A DNA stretch of 64,000 nucleotides from a virus (IMGVR_UViG_3300006802_000086:14993-78992); one strand, 5' to 3'. Positions 28,407 to 38,078 are shown, numbered from the stretch's first letter. Notes: generated by a model from the sequence alone, not told the origin. Numbers and translations: made by a program.

Positions 28407-28634
28407 ATGATTTTATTACTAGCAACACTATTTACAGCACAAGCAGAAGAAAACATGATCAGATATCAAAATAAAACAGAGATTGACTTTGACGCATTAG
28501 AACTTACGGGCGAAATGGTAAAACCGCAAGGATCACTAATCATTGAGAGAAGTAACGTTCGATTCAATCCGCTTATTGAACTTCGCAAAGACTTTAATCC
28601 GGAAATGGCAAAATCAGTTAACTTAATTAAGTAG
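28407..28634 (+). CDS. cglF: CglF/GltF-like adventurous gliding motility protein with signal peptide
   Basis: Signal peptide ending AQA; KTEIDFD...GEMVKPQGS...FNPLIELRKDFNPEMAKS matches the CglF pattern recalled from memory (KTxIDF...GELxKPEGS...LIxxRxxFxPExxKS). Confidence 0.75.
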   Translation: MILLLATLFTAQAEENMIRYQNKTEIDFDALELTGEMVKPQGSLIIERSNVRFNPLIELRKDFNPEMAKSVNLIK

Positions 28635-28674
28635 TTTTCCTGACCAATAAAACTAATTAGTTTAGTAATTTTTT

Positions 28675-28713
28675 AAGCACTATTTTGTAATAGTGCTTTT
28701 TTTGTCATATAAT
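28675..28713 (+). terminator. Rho-independent terminator fused with a sigma70-like promoter for thyX
   Basis: AAGCACTA...TAGTGCTT hairpin plus T run; TTGTAA(28685)-N17-TATAAT(28708). Confidence 0.75.
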
Positions 28714-28748
28714 GATTATACAAATTAAATATTAAAAAAGGAGAATGG

Positions 28749-29735
28749 ATGCCTCAAAACAGTAACTTAAAACCTATTACGTTGCCGATGCAACTTAAAT
28801 TTGGTGAAAAGCCAAAAACAGAATTTTACAACAATTTATCTGCACTTAAAGTTGAACTAGTTGATTCACCTACCAGATCGCAGGCACTCAATGTTGCATG
28901 GCAATATGTCAAAGCAACATGGGCAGATCATCATGATGAGACAAACCCATCTACTACATCTTTGCAAGAATTGTCAGCCAATCTAGAAGACGTGCTTAAT
29001 TTTCGCGCACTTCCAACTCCAATGGAGTGCCTAGGATTTACCTTTAAATTAAGCGGGCTTTCATTCCAAGAAGTAACTCATATCATTCGACATCGAGCTG
29101 GATCATTTGCTGCACAGTGCACAGGTGACCGTGATCTTCGACATGATCCTGCTGTTATTCCAGAAGCTGTACAAAATAGTCCAGAATTTTTAACTCGTTG
29201 GAAGAAATTAGTAGAAGATAGCAAACAACTTTATGCAGACATGACAGACTCAAAAGATGTGTCTATGATGGACGCACGAATGATCCTTCCAAAAGCAATG
29301 ACGTCCTTTTATCTTATGCGCCTCAATCTTAAAGATCTACTAGGTTTTATTGCGCAACGTCAAGATATGCAAATTCAACCTGCTGCTGATAATCTTCTTG
29401 CTGTCTACATGGCACGTGAAGTCCTAAAGATTTTACCAGAAGCTAGCACGCGCATTAATTTCGACAAACCAGACATGCATTATGTGAAAACTTTCCGTGT
29501 ACCTGATGGTAAAGGTGGTCATACATCTCGAGGTACAAATCTGTACTGGCCAGAACCTAAGAATGATAAGTTTGAGTATCATCCTGATGACAGTATTTAC
29601 CAGGCACGCCGCGAAGATATCAACGGGACACACAATCCAGGAGGTGATACTGTATTTACAAAATTGTGGTCAGAAACAATTGAAGAGATCGATGAAATGA
29701 AATATGAATATAACAAATTTATGGGGAGAGAATAA
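28749..29735 (+). CDS. thyX: Flavin-dependent thymidylate synthase family protein (variant motif)
   Basis: THIIRHRAGSFAAQCTGDRD (RHRx7C instead of RHRx7S), DARMILP, NLKDLLGFIAQR. Confidence 0.8.
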   Translation: MPQNSNLKPITLPMQLKFGEKPKTEFYNNLSALKVELVDSPTRSQALNVAWQYVKATWADHHDETNPSTTSLQELSANLEDVLNFRALPTPMECLGFTFKLSGLSFQEVTHIIRHRAGSFAAQCTGDRDLRHDPAVIPEAVQNSPEFLTRWKKLVEDSKQLYADMTDSKDVSMMDARMILPKAMTSFYLMRLNLKDLLGFIAQRQDMQIQPAADNLLAVYMAREVLKILPEASTRINFDKPDMHYVKTFRVPDGKGGHTSRGTNLYWPEPKNDKFEYHPDDSIYQARREDINGTHNPGGDTVFTKLWSETIEEIDEMKYEYNKFMGRE

Positions 29736-29736
29736 T

Positions 29737-30186
29737 ATGAGTTTAGGAAAAGTTTATTTAGCAAGTGGGTGGTTTTCACCTGAATGGTTGGAAGAAGTAG
29801 AAAATATCAAAGCGGTATTTGAAAAACACGGTGTTAGTTATTTTTCACCAAAAGATGAAAATCTATGTGATAACGACGCAAATGAGTCAATGCAAGATCA
29901 GATCTTTAGTGGTAACATTAAACACTTGCATGAATGCGATTGGATGTTGTGTAACACACGCAACAAAGATATGGGAAGTATTTTTGAGGCAGGTTATATG
30001 AACTGTCTAGAAAAACCAATCGTATATTTCTGCGACGGCCTTCCTCCAGGTGCACAATTTAATCTTATGTTGGCAGCTAGTGGTATTAAGGTTTGTCGAT
30101 CGTTAGAAGACCTAGATACATACCTTGCACAATGCAAAACTACAGAAAGACTAGTCGTTGAAAGATATCAAGGAGATATTGAGTAG
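29737..30186 (+). CDS. Nucleoside 2-deoxyribosyltransferase / nucleotide N-hydrolase family protein
   Basis: VYLASGWFS, FSPKD, DMGSIFEAGY (catalytic Glu), KPIVY, NLML. Confidence 0.85.
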   Translation: MSLGKVYLASGWFSPEWLEEVENIKAVFEKHGVSYFSPKDENLCDNDANESMQDQIFSGNIKHLHECDWMLCNTRNKDMGSIFEAGYMNCLEKPIVYFCDGLPPGAQFNLMLAASGIKVCRSLEDLDTYLAQCKTTERLVVERYQGDIE

Positions 30187-30207
30187 ATTAATCTTTAGTC
30201 TTCTTAA

Positions 30208-30243
30208 GCCTAACAGGATTAAGCTAATGCTTTCTTGTTAGGC
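30208..30243. terminator. Hairpin between convergent genes (possible bidirectional terminator)
   Basis: GCCTAACAGGA ... TCTTGTTAGGC inverted repeat. Confidence 0.4.
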
Positions 30244-33200
30244 ACTATTTTAACTAAAATTAAGAAAACTGTATGTGATCTGTTAATTGATATCTTTTTC
30301 ATAGTTCCACCTGTTGTCGATGTGTTGTCTAAATTACCACCAATTAATTTTCCTCCTGAGTAAACGTTCATATGTGCACCTGACTGAGGCTCCGATCCTG
30401 CAAATTTTTTAAAGGTTTTCATACCGCAACCAGAAGGAAGTCCTCTTTTAGAACTATAACCGTTAAGCGAAAAGACGCCGTCTAGAAGGTTTAAGTCAGA
30501 TCTAGATTCGACCTCTTCCCTAGTAAAGGGTAGCAAAACTACTTGCCCGATAAAACTTTCAGGATCATTTTCAACTTCTTGTCTTTTTAACATTAATTGT
30601 GCCCACGGGTATGAAATCCCCATTTGCTTTGGCACGCTGTTTACTATATCGTAGGCAGGATGCGAAGGAGTTACCATTGCATTGAAAGTATGTCCACTCC
30701 AAGCTACTCTATTTAAGTACTTCCAACTATCTTTAATATTGACAGGCATGAATGTATCTGGGTGCATCAGCGCTATTTTTCCGTCACCATGATTTGTAAT
30801 TGCTTGCTTGACAACAATATCATTTATTTTCTTAAGACCTTCTTCTGACTTTTCGCCAAACCCTGTGATTTGTGAAAGTAATCTCTCACCCTCAGCAGCA
30901 CCTGCAGACATGTCCAGCTGTTCAAACTTAATAGGTAAAGAATCCTCATCTAAAAATGCATGTTCCTTCGGATTAAAATTTTTCTTAGAAGCTTTTGAAG
31001 AGTTGTCCTTGACAGAATTCGAAGACTTCGATACTTGTTTTTCTTTTTCAATAATTTTTTTCTGAAGTTCACTATTTCCTTTAAACGATTTACTTACTGC
31101 ATCTGGGCCGCTATAATTACCGTCCTTAATATCTTTGTATACTTTGGCAGGATTAATATAGTTTTCTTTAAATAAATAATTTCTAATTTTACGAACTGAT
31201 TCATTCAAAGGTTCAATCTTAAAATTCTTGTCAACACCTCTTTTTGCCTGTCCTATCTGTCCGGACACGGAATCGACAGCAATAACAATGTCATCAATAT
31301 AGAATTTATAATATCTGTTTTTCATACCTCTGCCAGCTGTATATGTTCCAGGCTCACCTTTTTTATCTCCGTAAGCCATTTCCATTTTTCCACCGGTATC
31401 TTGATTTTTCTTTTTATTGAATTCCTGCGTAGCTTTTTTAATAGCTTCCGGGTCTTGTGCGAGTCTTACCATCTCTGCAACGCCTGAAGGATTTTTCTTT
31501 TTCGGATCATTAAGTACTAAACTAGCCACTTGTGCAGCGTTATTTTTAAATTTAAGAATCGTTTCTTTTTTAACACCCTTGTCAATTGCTGCTTTTATAA
31601 TCATGTCAATATTTTTTTCGATCCAGGCCACCCAAGCTTTGTCTGTGTTAGGCCCCCAATCTCCATCAACTGTAGTACCAATAACACCTTGGACATATTC
31701 AACATCTTTTTTATTATTTTCTATTAAGACACTTTTAATTGCTTTTCTTAAGCTTGCTTCTGTTAAAATCATTTTACCTTTCCTTGTTTTAAAAATATTT
31801 TCTGCCATGGCTTTTTGCTTAGGCATAATTTCTGATTCAATTGTTGCAACAAATTGCTCACCAGGCTTTTCATCAACATGCACACCATCTCTCGAGCTAG
31901 TAACATTTGACTCAAACCACGGGTAGGGATCGATAACATTAATTCTTCCTGACATTCCTAATTGAGACTCAACAGCATCAATACCTGCAACAATCTCTCT
32001 GTTTCTTTTTGCTCGAGTTGCTTTAAATTTTGAAACTTCTCGCTCAGGTTTTCCAGGGGTGTTGACATATGTTGTTTTCTCTGTAGGTTTAACTGCAGGC
32101 GGCGCCAAGACCCAAGTTATTTGTGCGTCTTCTGGGGCATTTTGTAAAATATCTTTTGCCAAATAACTAGCTCTGCTAGAACCGTTGCCGCCTAGCGTAA
32201 GGATAATATTGTTTGTTCTGCTGACTGCATCAATAATTTTATCTTCCCCAAACTCACTCATGACGCCTGCTGGTGTAGCTCCGTTCTTCTGAAAAAAGTT
32301 CTTTCCCTTCGTAGCTGTGCCTAGGCGTTTTCTAATTCCTTTTCCTAGACCGCTGTTGCCTTGACTGTCTGCAATGTATACATACGGGAGAGGTTCGTCA
32401 GAAGATTCTCTCTGTTGTTTCTGTTCGCCACTTTCTCCTTCAAATCCTAATAAAAATAATTTAGCTTCTTCGTGCCTTCTCTTTTCTAGGCCCTGCACAT
32501 ATTCACCCTTGCTAGTTCTAGGTTTTGCATCTATTACATCAGCTGCTTCTTTATAACGACCTTGATTAATTAATTGCGTTATAGACTCGCCTTTATTATT
32601 TTTAAATTTATTTAAAGCACTTGCACCTCCATTAAAGCAATAACTTGCTAATGCAACAAACATGTTATGAGTGATTGGTGCTTTTAATTGTGACTTAAAT
32701 ACTCGTGTATGTTTTGCAACGTCGCTTCCAAAGAGTTCTAGAGCTTGTTGTAAATTCATTTCCTTTGATCCACTTCCTAAAAATTCTTTAAATTTTTCTC
32801 TTTCGTTTGATCTAATTAAGTGCCCAATGCCAATTGTTGGATATCCGCTTGACTCTTCATAGCTATTTATTGTTCTCCCGCCTTTGTCATCATAAACTTT
32901 TGATCTAAAACCTTCACCGCCTTTTATAAATACTTGAATTTCTTTAGACACGTCTTCGTATTGACTAGCACTTTTTAATGTTTGATCCGCAGTAAATTTT
33001 CCACCACCAGCCTTGTTAATTTTTGCCTCAAGACCTTTGACAGCTTTGTTAACAATTTTAGCGTCTGAATTTGAATTATTACCTGGCGAAGTAGGAATAT
33101 TAAGTTTTGACTTTGATTTCACAGCTTTCTTAAGTGTGTCAGCTTTTTTCTTGATAGTATCCTTAAACTCACTGCTAATTTTCTCTGCACCTTTTATGCT

Positions 33201-34280
33201 CCCAGATTCAATTCCTTTTTGGACTTTGTCAATAATTTTGCTTACATCTAATTTTCTCTCTCTTAGAATTTTATATCTATGTCTTTTTAGAATTCTTTGT
33301 TCTTTTAAGTATTCCCCGCCTTTTCCTCTAGGTCTTTGGTAAACTTCACCATCAGTATCAATAGCAACTGCAACATCATCAATCCAAAATTTTAAATAGT
33401 CTTTGTCGATACCTTTGCCTGTCTCTGCTTTTTTAAACCCCATTAATACTGGCTCGTTATTTGTTCCAAATTTTTTAAGATACTCTTCATACTCTTCTTT
33501 AAAAGTTGTATATGCTAACTTAAAATGGTCATTGTTAAAACTACCTCGCCTTCCTAAGGTTTTGTCATCGCTAGGCAGGTCTTTAAGCGCATTTGCAATT
33601 TCTTCTTTAGATTTATTATCATTAATCCAGTCTCGAAACATATCACCCTTATCTTGGTTTAAATCTTTAGGAATTCTTTTAAGCTGCTCATCTGTAAATT
33701 CATATTTTTTATCTTTTGAAGATTTCGATTGTGATTTTGTTCCACCATATTTTTTATCTAAATTCTCACCACCTTTCTTGTTGATAGGTGTCCAAGGTCC
33801 ATTATTTTTACTGTAACTCCACCCAAATTCTGCAGAAGGATCTTTTTTGTATTTGTAAACACCGTCGCCATCATCGTATATTTTTTCTTTAGAAAAATTT
33901 TCTATCTTTCCTATTTGTTCAGCGGCCGGCCCTGAAATAACTTTATATTTGCCATTACCTAAGTCTTCGTAAGTAAAGCCTGATAAGTCTTTGTCAGATT
34001 TAATCCCAAGTTCTTGAGCATTTTTACCTAAAGTTTCTTTTTTGGTAAATTCTTCATAATAAGTTTTAAGCATGTAATAAGCTACTCTTTTCCCATCAGG
34101 AACATCTGCCTTATCTAAAGCTGCCTTTATATTTGGTGCTTTTGTAGATTTAAAACGCAAAGCATTGTCATTAGAGCCAAAACCTGTGTCAAAGCCTATA
34201 TACTTTTTTGATTCTTCTTGCTCGCGAAGAAGTCTTTTGAGTGATTTAATTTTAATAAGTTTGTTTAGATTGTTATTCAT
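30219..34280 (-). CDS. Multidomain virion-associated peptidoglycan hydrolase: GH24 lysozyme + SGNH hydrolase + PG-binding domain + C-terminal CHAP/DUF2272-like domain
   Basis: EGFRSKVYDD...YPTIGIGH...GLEKRRHEE (lysozyme); IADSQ, LGGNG, DGVH (SGNH); VQGVIGTTVDGDWGPNT (PG-binding); AWSG...HMNV...IGGN. Confidence 0.8.
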   Translation of the reverse strand: MNNNLNKLIKIKSLKRLLREQEESKKYIGFDTGFGSNDNALRFKSTKAPNIKAALDKADVPDGKRVAYYMLKTYYEEFTKKETLGKNAQELGIKSDKDLSGFTYEDLGNGKYKVISGPAAEQIGKIENFSKEKIYDDGDGVYKYKKDPSAEFGWSYSKNNGPWTPINKKGGENLDKKYGGTKSQSKSSKDKKYEFTDEQLKRIPKDLNQDKGDMFRDWINDNKSKEEIANALKDLPSDDKTLGRRGSFNNDHFKLAYTTFKEEYEEYLKKFGTNNEPVLMGFKKAETGKGIDKDYLKFWIDDVAVAIDTDGEVYQRPRGKGGEYLKEQRILKRHRYKILRERKLDVSKIIDKVQKGIESGSIKGAEKISSEFKDTIKKKADTLKKAVKSKSKLNIPTSPGNNSNSDAKIVNKAVKGLEAKINKAGGGKFTADQTLKSASQYEDVSKEIQVFIKGGEGFRSKVYDDKGGRTINSYEESSGYPTIGIGHLIRSNEREKFKEFLGSGSKEMNLQQALELFGSDVAKHTRVFKSQLKAPITHNMFVALASYCFNGGASALNKFKNNKGESITQLINQGRYKEAADVIDAKPRTSKGEYVQGLEKRRHEEAKLFLLGFEGESGEQKQQRESSDEPLPYVYIADSQGNSGLGKGIRKRLGTATKGKNFFQKNGATPAGVMSEFGEDKIIDAVSRTNNIILTLGGNGSSRASYLAKDILQNAPEDAQITWVLAPPAVKPTEKTTYVNTPGKPEREVSKFKATRAKRNREIVAGIDAVESQLGMSGRINVIDPYPWFESNVTSSRDGVHVDEKPGEQFVATIESEIMPKQKAMAENIFKTRKGKMILTEASLRKAIKSVLIENNKKDVEYVQGVIGTTVDGDWGPNTDKAWVAWIEKNIDMIIKAAIDKGVKKETILKFKNNAAQVASLVLNDPKKKNPSGVAEMVRLAQDPEAIKKATQEFNKKKNQDTGGKMEMAYGDKKGEPGTYTAGRGMKNRYYKFYIDDIVIAVDSVSGQIGQAKRGVDKNFKIEPLNESVRKIRNYLFKENYINPAKVYKDIKDGNYSGPDAVSKSFKGNSELQKKIIEKEKQVSKSSNSVKDNSSKASKKNFNPKEHAFLDEDSLPIKFEQLDMSAGAAEGERLLSQITGFGEKSEEGLKKINDIVVKQAITNHGDGKIALMHPDTFMPVNIKDSWKYLNRVAWSGHTFNAMVTPSHPAYDIVNSVPKQMGISYPWAQLMLKRQEVENDPESFIGQVVLLPFTREEVESRSDLNLLDGVFSLNGYSSKRGLPSGCGMKTFKKFAGSEPQSGAHMNVYSGGKLIGGNLDNTSTTGGTMKKISINRSHTVFLILVKIVPNKKALA

Positions 34281-34361
34281 ATAACTCTGCCTCTAGAATA
34301 TTTTGATAAACATATTATATATATGTTCTATAATTTTAAAATAATAGCAAAGCAATTAATT

Positions 34362-34390
34362 ATGAAAACTTTAAAACTTCTAAGTATTAT
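34362..34390 (+). promoter_or_regulatory. Sigma70-like promoter for the epimerase (divergent from the hydrolase gene)
   Basis: ATGAAA-N17-TATTAT; SD GAGGAGG follows. Confidence 0.5.
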
Positions 34391-34411
34391 AAGTTTATTA
34401 GAGGAGGTTTT

Positions 34412-35404
34412 ATGAAAAAAGTATTTATTACCGGTGAAAAAGGTTTTATTGGAACAAATTTGGCCAAACGTGCCAAATTACACGGTTTCGAACATGTCTC
34501 TGGTGTGCATGCACAAAACGAAGACGCAGTTTTCGTATCACAATATGTCACAGAAAAGGGTGAACCTTGTGTGCATCAAAATAGCGAGGAAGCATGGCAA
34601 TCTTTCTTTGAAGTCAACAGCATCGACTATGTAATCCATAATGCAGCAGTTGTAGGTACAGATGTAGTTGCACTCAATGCAAAAGAGTCAACATTAACCA
34701 ACGTGCAAGGTACTTTCAACATCTGTCGTGCTGCAAAGAAATGCGGTATTCCAGTCTGTTATATGGGAACCACAGTTATTTATGACACACCTAAGTATCA
34801 ACAATCAGCTATTGTCGAAGACTCCGATCGCGGCCCTAGTACATTCTACGGTTGTCAGAAACTCTCAGCTGAGGAAGTTGTCAAGTCTCATAGCAGCAAG
34901 TGGATGATCGTCCGCCCACTCTTTGCTTATGGCGGTGAAGGTGATATGAATTCTCTTATTGCCAAAACGATCTATGCAAAACTCAACGGTGTAGAAAAGA
35001 TCCAAATGTTTCTCGATCCTAGTAAGATTAAAGACTACTTACATGTCAATGACTACTGTGACGGTGTTTTCTCTTGCATGAAAGAAGACAAGTGCTGGAA
35101 CAATGACTTTAATATCGCCGCAGAAACACCACTTGTCACCGGTGAAATTATCAAATTAATGGACGAAGTGTGTGGTCAGAGTTTCGCAGATACTGTAGAA
35201 TGGCTTCCGCAGACTGAATATATGGGAAATCATATCTTATCAAGTGCAAAAGCAAGAGAGTATACTGGCTGGTCTCCACGTATATCACTGGCTAAAGGTA
35301 TTCGCATGTCATACGAAAGTATTCTCAAGTCAGAAGGTTATAATCCTCTGCGTTATCTTGAAGAAGCAGCAGAGCGCAATATTGATTTAACAGAGTATTT
35401 TTAG
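34412..35404 (+). CDS. NAD-dependent epimerase/dehydratase (extended SDR)
   Basis: TGEKGFIG, HNAA, YGCQK (YxxxK), KDYLHVND. Confidence 0.88.
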   Translation: MKKVFITGEKGFIGTNLAKRAKLHGFEHVSGVHAQNEDAVFVSQYVTEKGEPCVHQNSEEAWQSFFEVNSIDYVIHNAAVVGTDVVALNAKESTLTNVQGTFNICRAAKKCGIPVCYMGTTVIYDTPKYQQSAIVEDSDRGPSTFYGCQKLSAEEVVKSHSSKWMIVRPLFAYGGEGDMNSLIAKTIYAKLNGVEKIQMFLDPSKIKDYLHVNDYCDGVFSCMKEDKCWNNDFNIAAETPLVTGEIIKLMDEVCGQSFADTVEWLPQTEYMGNHILSSAKAREYTGWSPRISLAKGIRMSYESILKSEGYNPLRYLEEAAERNIDLTEYF

Positions 35405-35414
35405 CCACCTCTTA

Positions 35415-35421
35415 ATAATTA
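35415..35421 (+). promoter_or_regulatory. Representative putative late promoter ATAWWTA
   Basis: ATAATTA/ATATATA/ATATTTA also at 798, 3032, 11286, 14431, 20019, 22049, 27320, 34318(-), 38081, 43631, 52089, 56044 and 61726, each shortly upstream of a structural or leader-bearing gene (block). Confidence 0.5.
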
Positions 35422-35440
35422 TCTTTAGTGAGGATGACAT

Positions 35441-37597
35441 ATGAGAATTTCAAGGCGACAACTCGGTCTATTGATAGAAAATTATTTACTCCAAGAAACG
35501 CGGCAAGCAAGACAATGGATACAAAATTCAGTCCCAGCTGAAGAACAGCAAGACTATTTAGATGCATACAATAGAGGGGTCACGATTTTATCAGACCTCT
35601 CTTGGATTAAAAAAGTAAGAGGCGGTGAGCCTGTTGCTGATATTGTGGGTGATGTTATAAGCTTTAGGATGGATGACAGTCAAACAAAACTGTTAGCCAA
35701 CGGTTTTCCAACTGATCTAACAAAAAGAAACTATCCCACAGTTGGTGAACTGAGAAGAGCTCTAGCAGTTATTAATACAGATTTAGACATGTCAAGAAAT
35801 CAAGATATCTCTATAGAAACATCAAGCCCTAATATCGATGTTATTGGTAATATAGGCCCGTGGACAATTCTCTTGCCTAAGACAAAAGAAGGATCGACAG
35901 CTTGTGACATTAGCGGTAAAGATACCACTTGGTGCACTACCAAAACAAGAGGACAAAACTTATTTTATAATTATGCAAAAGATGATTTATTCTTATATTA
36001 TGTAATGGATTACAGTCGCACCCCGGATGACCCATACAAAAGCCAAGACAGAGCATGCGTAGAAAACAACGATAGTCGTCTATCAGTTGGAATTATTAGA
36101 GGTGAAATAACCTTGGAAGGTGAAGATGGCGGTGTTTCTGTTGACGCTGCGAATAAAGGACTCTATCCCGAAGACTTAGAAAGTGCTCTAGGTCAATATC
36201 ATGATCAGGTAATTAATTTAATCAAAACCAACTTTGATTCTCACCAGTCACATCCGGGTAGAGAAAAATTTAGACAAGCAGCACAAAATATTGTTATTAT
36301 GCGTGATGCAGTTAGAGACTTGACGCCGCCTGCCAAGGCTGATTTTTTAGGTGAAGTATCCTATTCAACAAGCATGACACCCGAAGTTGTAGTCTATTTA
36401 TTTAATTTTGCTAACGAACCAATTAGAACTAAAGACTACAATACGGATGACTGGTTTTTAGAGCATGAAAGTAAAGGCAGGATTATTGAAAATATTTTTC
36501 TTAATGAGCCTAGTGCAAGCATTCCTGTGCGACTAAGAAAGTCTTTAATAGTAGAGCTAACTAAGAAACTAGGTGAAGAAGGCTTATACGCCTACCAAGA
36601 TGCACGTGGATGGTACGTCGGAACGGCAGCATCAGAACTACTAAATTCACAAAAAGAAGTTAAATCATATTTAGACCTATTGCTAGAATATTCAAATAGC
36701 CGATCTTACGATACTACGTTTGGAGATCCTATAGAGCAAATTTTAGAATCCTATTTAAGAAAACTCGACTTAAGTGATCCTGAGGTGTATCAGATAACTT
36801 TGAGTTTTATTCCTAACGCAAGAAGCACAAATTCAATTGTCCCTATTGTTAAAAATGAAAGTATCGAAGAGAGTGTACTAGAGGACATTCTTATAAATAC
36901 GCCACTCTTGCAAAACAAAGACAAAATGAGTCATGTTGCTTACGAATTATTAAATGCTCGCGCGCTCGCCATCCAACAAGTAATGGCCGAAAGAAAATTT
37001 GGAAACGGATTAAGCGCTGAGTTTTTACAAAAACATGCAAGAAGACTAACTAACGATTTTAAAGATAGAATGAGTTTAACAAAGTTGCTTTTTCAAGAAA
37101 ATTTGCCTAAAAGCTTGTTTGACGAAATATTTGATTACGTCGATACCATTGTTAAGACACCGCGGACACCTGAACAGCAAAGAAACTACATTGTAGTACT
37201 AAAGGACATGTTGAGGCACCCTTTCATGCCTGACGATGTAATAAATGAATATTCTAATGACCCAGAATTTCATGAACCACTATTGTCGAGGGTTTGGAGC
37301 ACTAACACAACTAACCCTGAAGTAGTTGAAAAGATTCTAGAAACTACAAAAGATCCGATCCCTCCATATTTTCATGACATACTAGCTAATAGTAACATGA
37401 CAAAAAGAACTTATGAAATATTAATAAACTTGCTTGATGAAGGGCTAGCTGATATGCAAGAACTAGGCGCAGTTGGAATGTTTGAGTTCAATCTAGATCC
37501 ACCTCACAGTGCTGAAGATGTAAGAAGATGCTTTGAGCACGCTTACGCCGCTGGACTAGCTAAATTAAGAGAGAGAAGGGCAGAGTTTGAGATATAA
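35441..37597 (+). CDS. Leader-bearing protein with TxWCT domain and C-terminal helical repeats
   Basis: MRISRRQLGLLIENYLLQE; PKT..GS...TTWCTT...NLFYNY; paralogous to 44236..46581. Confidence 0.65.
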   Translation: MRISRRQLGLLIENYLLQETRQARQWIQNSVPAEEQQDYLDAYNRGVTILSDLSWIKKVRGGEPVADIVGDVISFRMDDSQTKLLANGFPTDLTKRNYPTVGELRRALAVINTDLDMSRNQDISIETSSPNIDVIGNIGPWTILLPKTKEGSTACDISGKDTTWCTTKTRGQNLFYNYAKDDLFLYYVMDYSRTPDDPYKSQDRACVENNDSRLSVGIIRGEITLEGEDGGVSVDAANKGLYPEDLESALGQYHDQVINLIKTNFDSHQSHPGREKFRQAAQNIVIMRDAVRDLTPPAKADFLGEVSYSTSMTPEVVVYLFNFANEPIRTKDYNTDDWFLEHESKGRIIENIFLNEPSASIPVRLRKSLIVELTKKLGEEGLYAYQDARGWYVGTAASELLNSQKEVKSYLDLLLEYSNSRSYDTTFGDPIEQILESYLRKLDLSDPEVYQITLSFIPNARSTNSIVPIVKNESIEESVLEDILINTPLLQNKDKMSHVAYELLNARALAIQQVMAERKFGNGLSAEFLQKHARRLTNDFKDRMSLTKLLFQENLPKSLFDEIFDYVDTIVKTPRTPEQQRNYIVVLKDMLRHPFMPDDVINEYSNDPEFHEPLLSRVWSTNTTNPEVVEKILETTKDPIPPYFHDILANSNMTKRTYEILINLLDEGLADMQELGAVGMFEFNLDPPHSAEDVRRCFEHAYAAGLAKLRERRAEFEI

Positions 37598-37629
37598 AGA
37601 TCACAAGCTAAAAACAGAATAAAGTGAAA

Positions 37630-37658
37630 ATGTAATAAATACTTTTTTTGTATAGAAT
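37630..37658 (+). promoter_or_regulatory. Sigma70-like promoter
   Basis: ATGTAA-N17-TAGAAT. Confidence 0.55.
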
Positions 37659-37676
37659 ATTAAAAAAGAGGTGATC

Positions 37677-38078
37677 ATGAAAAAAGAATTACAAGACAAA
37701 CTATTCGAAACTTATCCAAACATTTTTAGACAAAAAGACTTAGACAAAACACAGACAGCAATGTGCTGGGGTATCAGCTGCGGTGACGGTTGGTATACGA
37801 TCTTAGACGAACTATGCGCAAATATCCAAAACAGAATTAGAAATGTAAACAGAAACAAGCCTGAAGAGGAGCACCTTGTTTGTGAAGCAGTCCAAGTCAA
37901 AGAAAAGTTTGGCGGGTTATGCTTTTACACTTACGGTGGTGACGACTATATCGACGGCTTAATAAGCTTGGCTGAGTCAATGTCTTATCGAACATGTTCT
38001 GAGTGCGGCAACCCATCAACACTCAATGAAAAAAATAGAGGTTGGATATATACTCTTTGTGATAATTGCAAAACCTAG
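37677..38078 (+). CDS. Conserved phage hypothetical protein with C-terminal Zn ribbon
   Basis: CGDGWY, QVKEKFGGL.FY, CSECG...LCDNC. Confidence 0.7.
   Translation: MKKELQDKLFETYPNIFRQKDLDKTQTAMCWGISCGDGWYTILDELCANIQNRIRNVNRNKPEEEHLVCEAVQVKEKFGGLCFYTYGGDDYIDGLISLAESMSYRTCSECGNPSTLNEKNRGWIYTLCDNCKT

Noticed and set aside
28650-28663. 14-bp palindrome AAACTAATTAGTTT as an operator
   Set aside because: AT-rich single occurrence with no second copy noticed.
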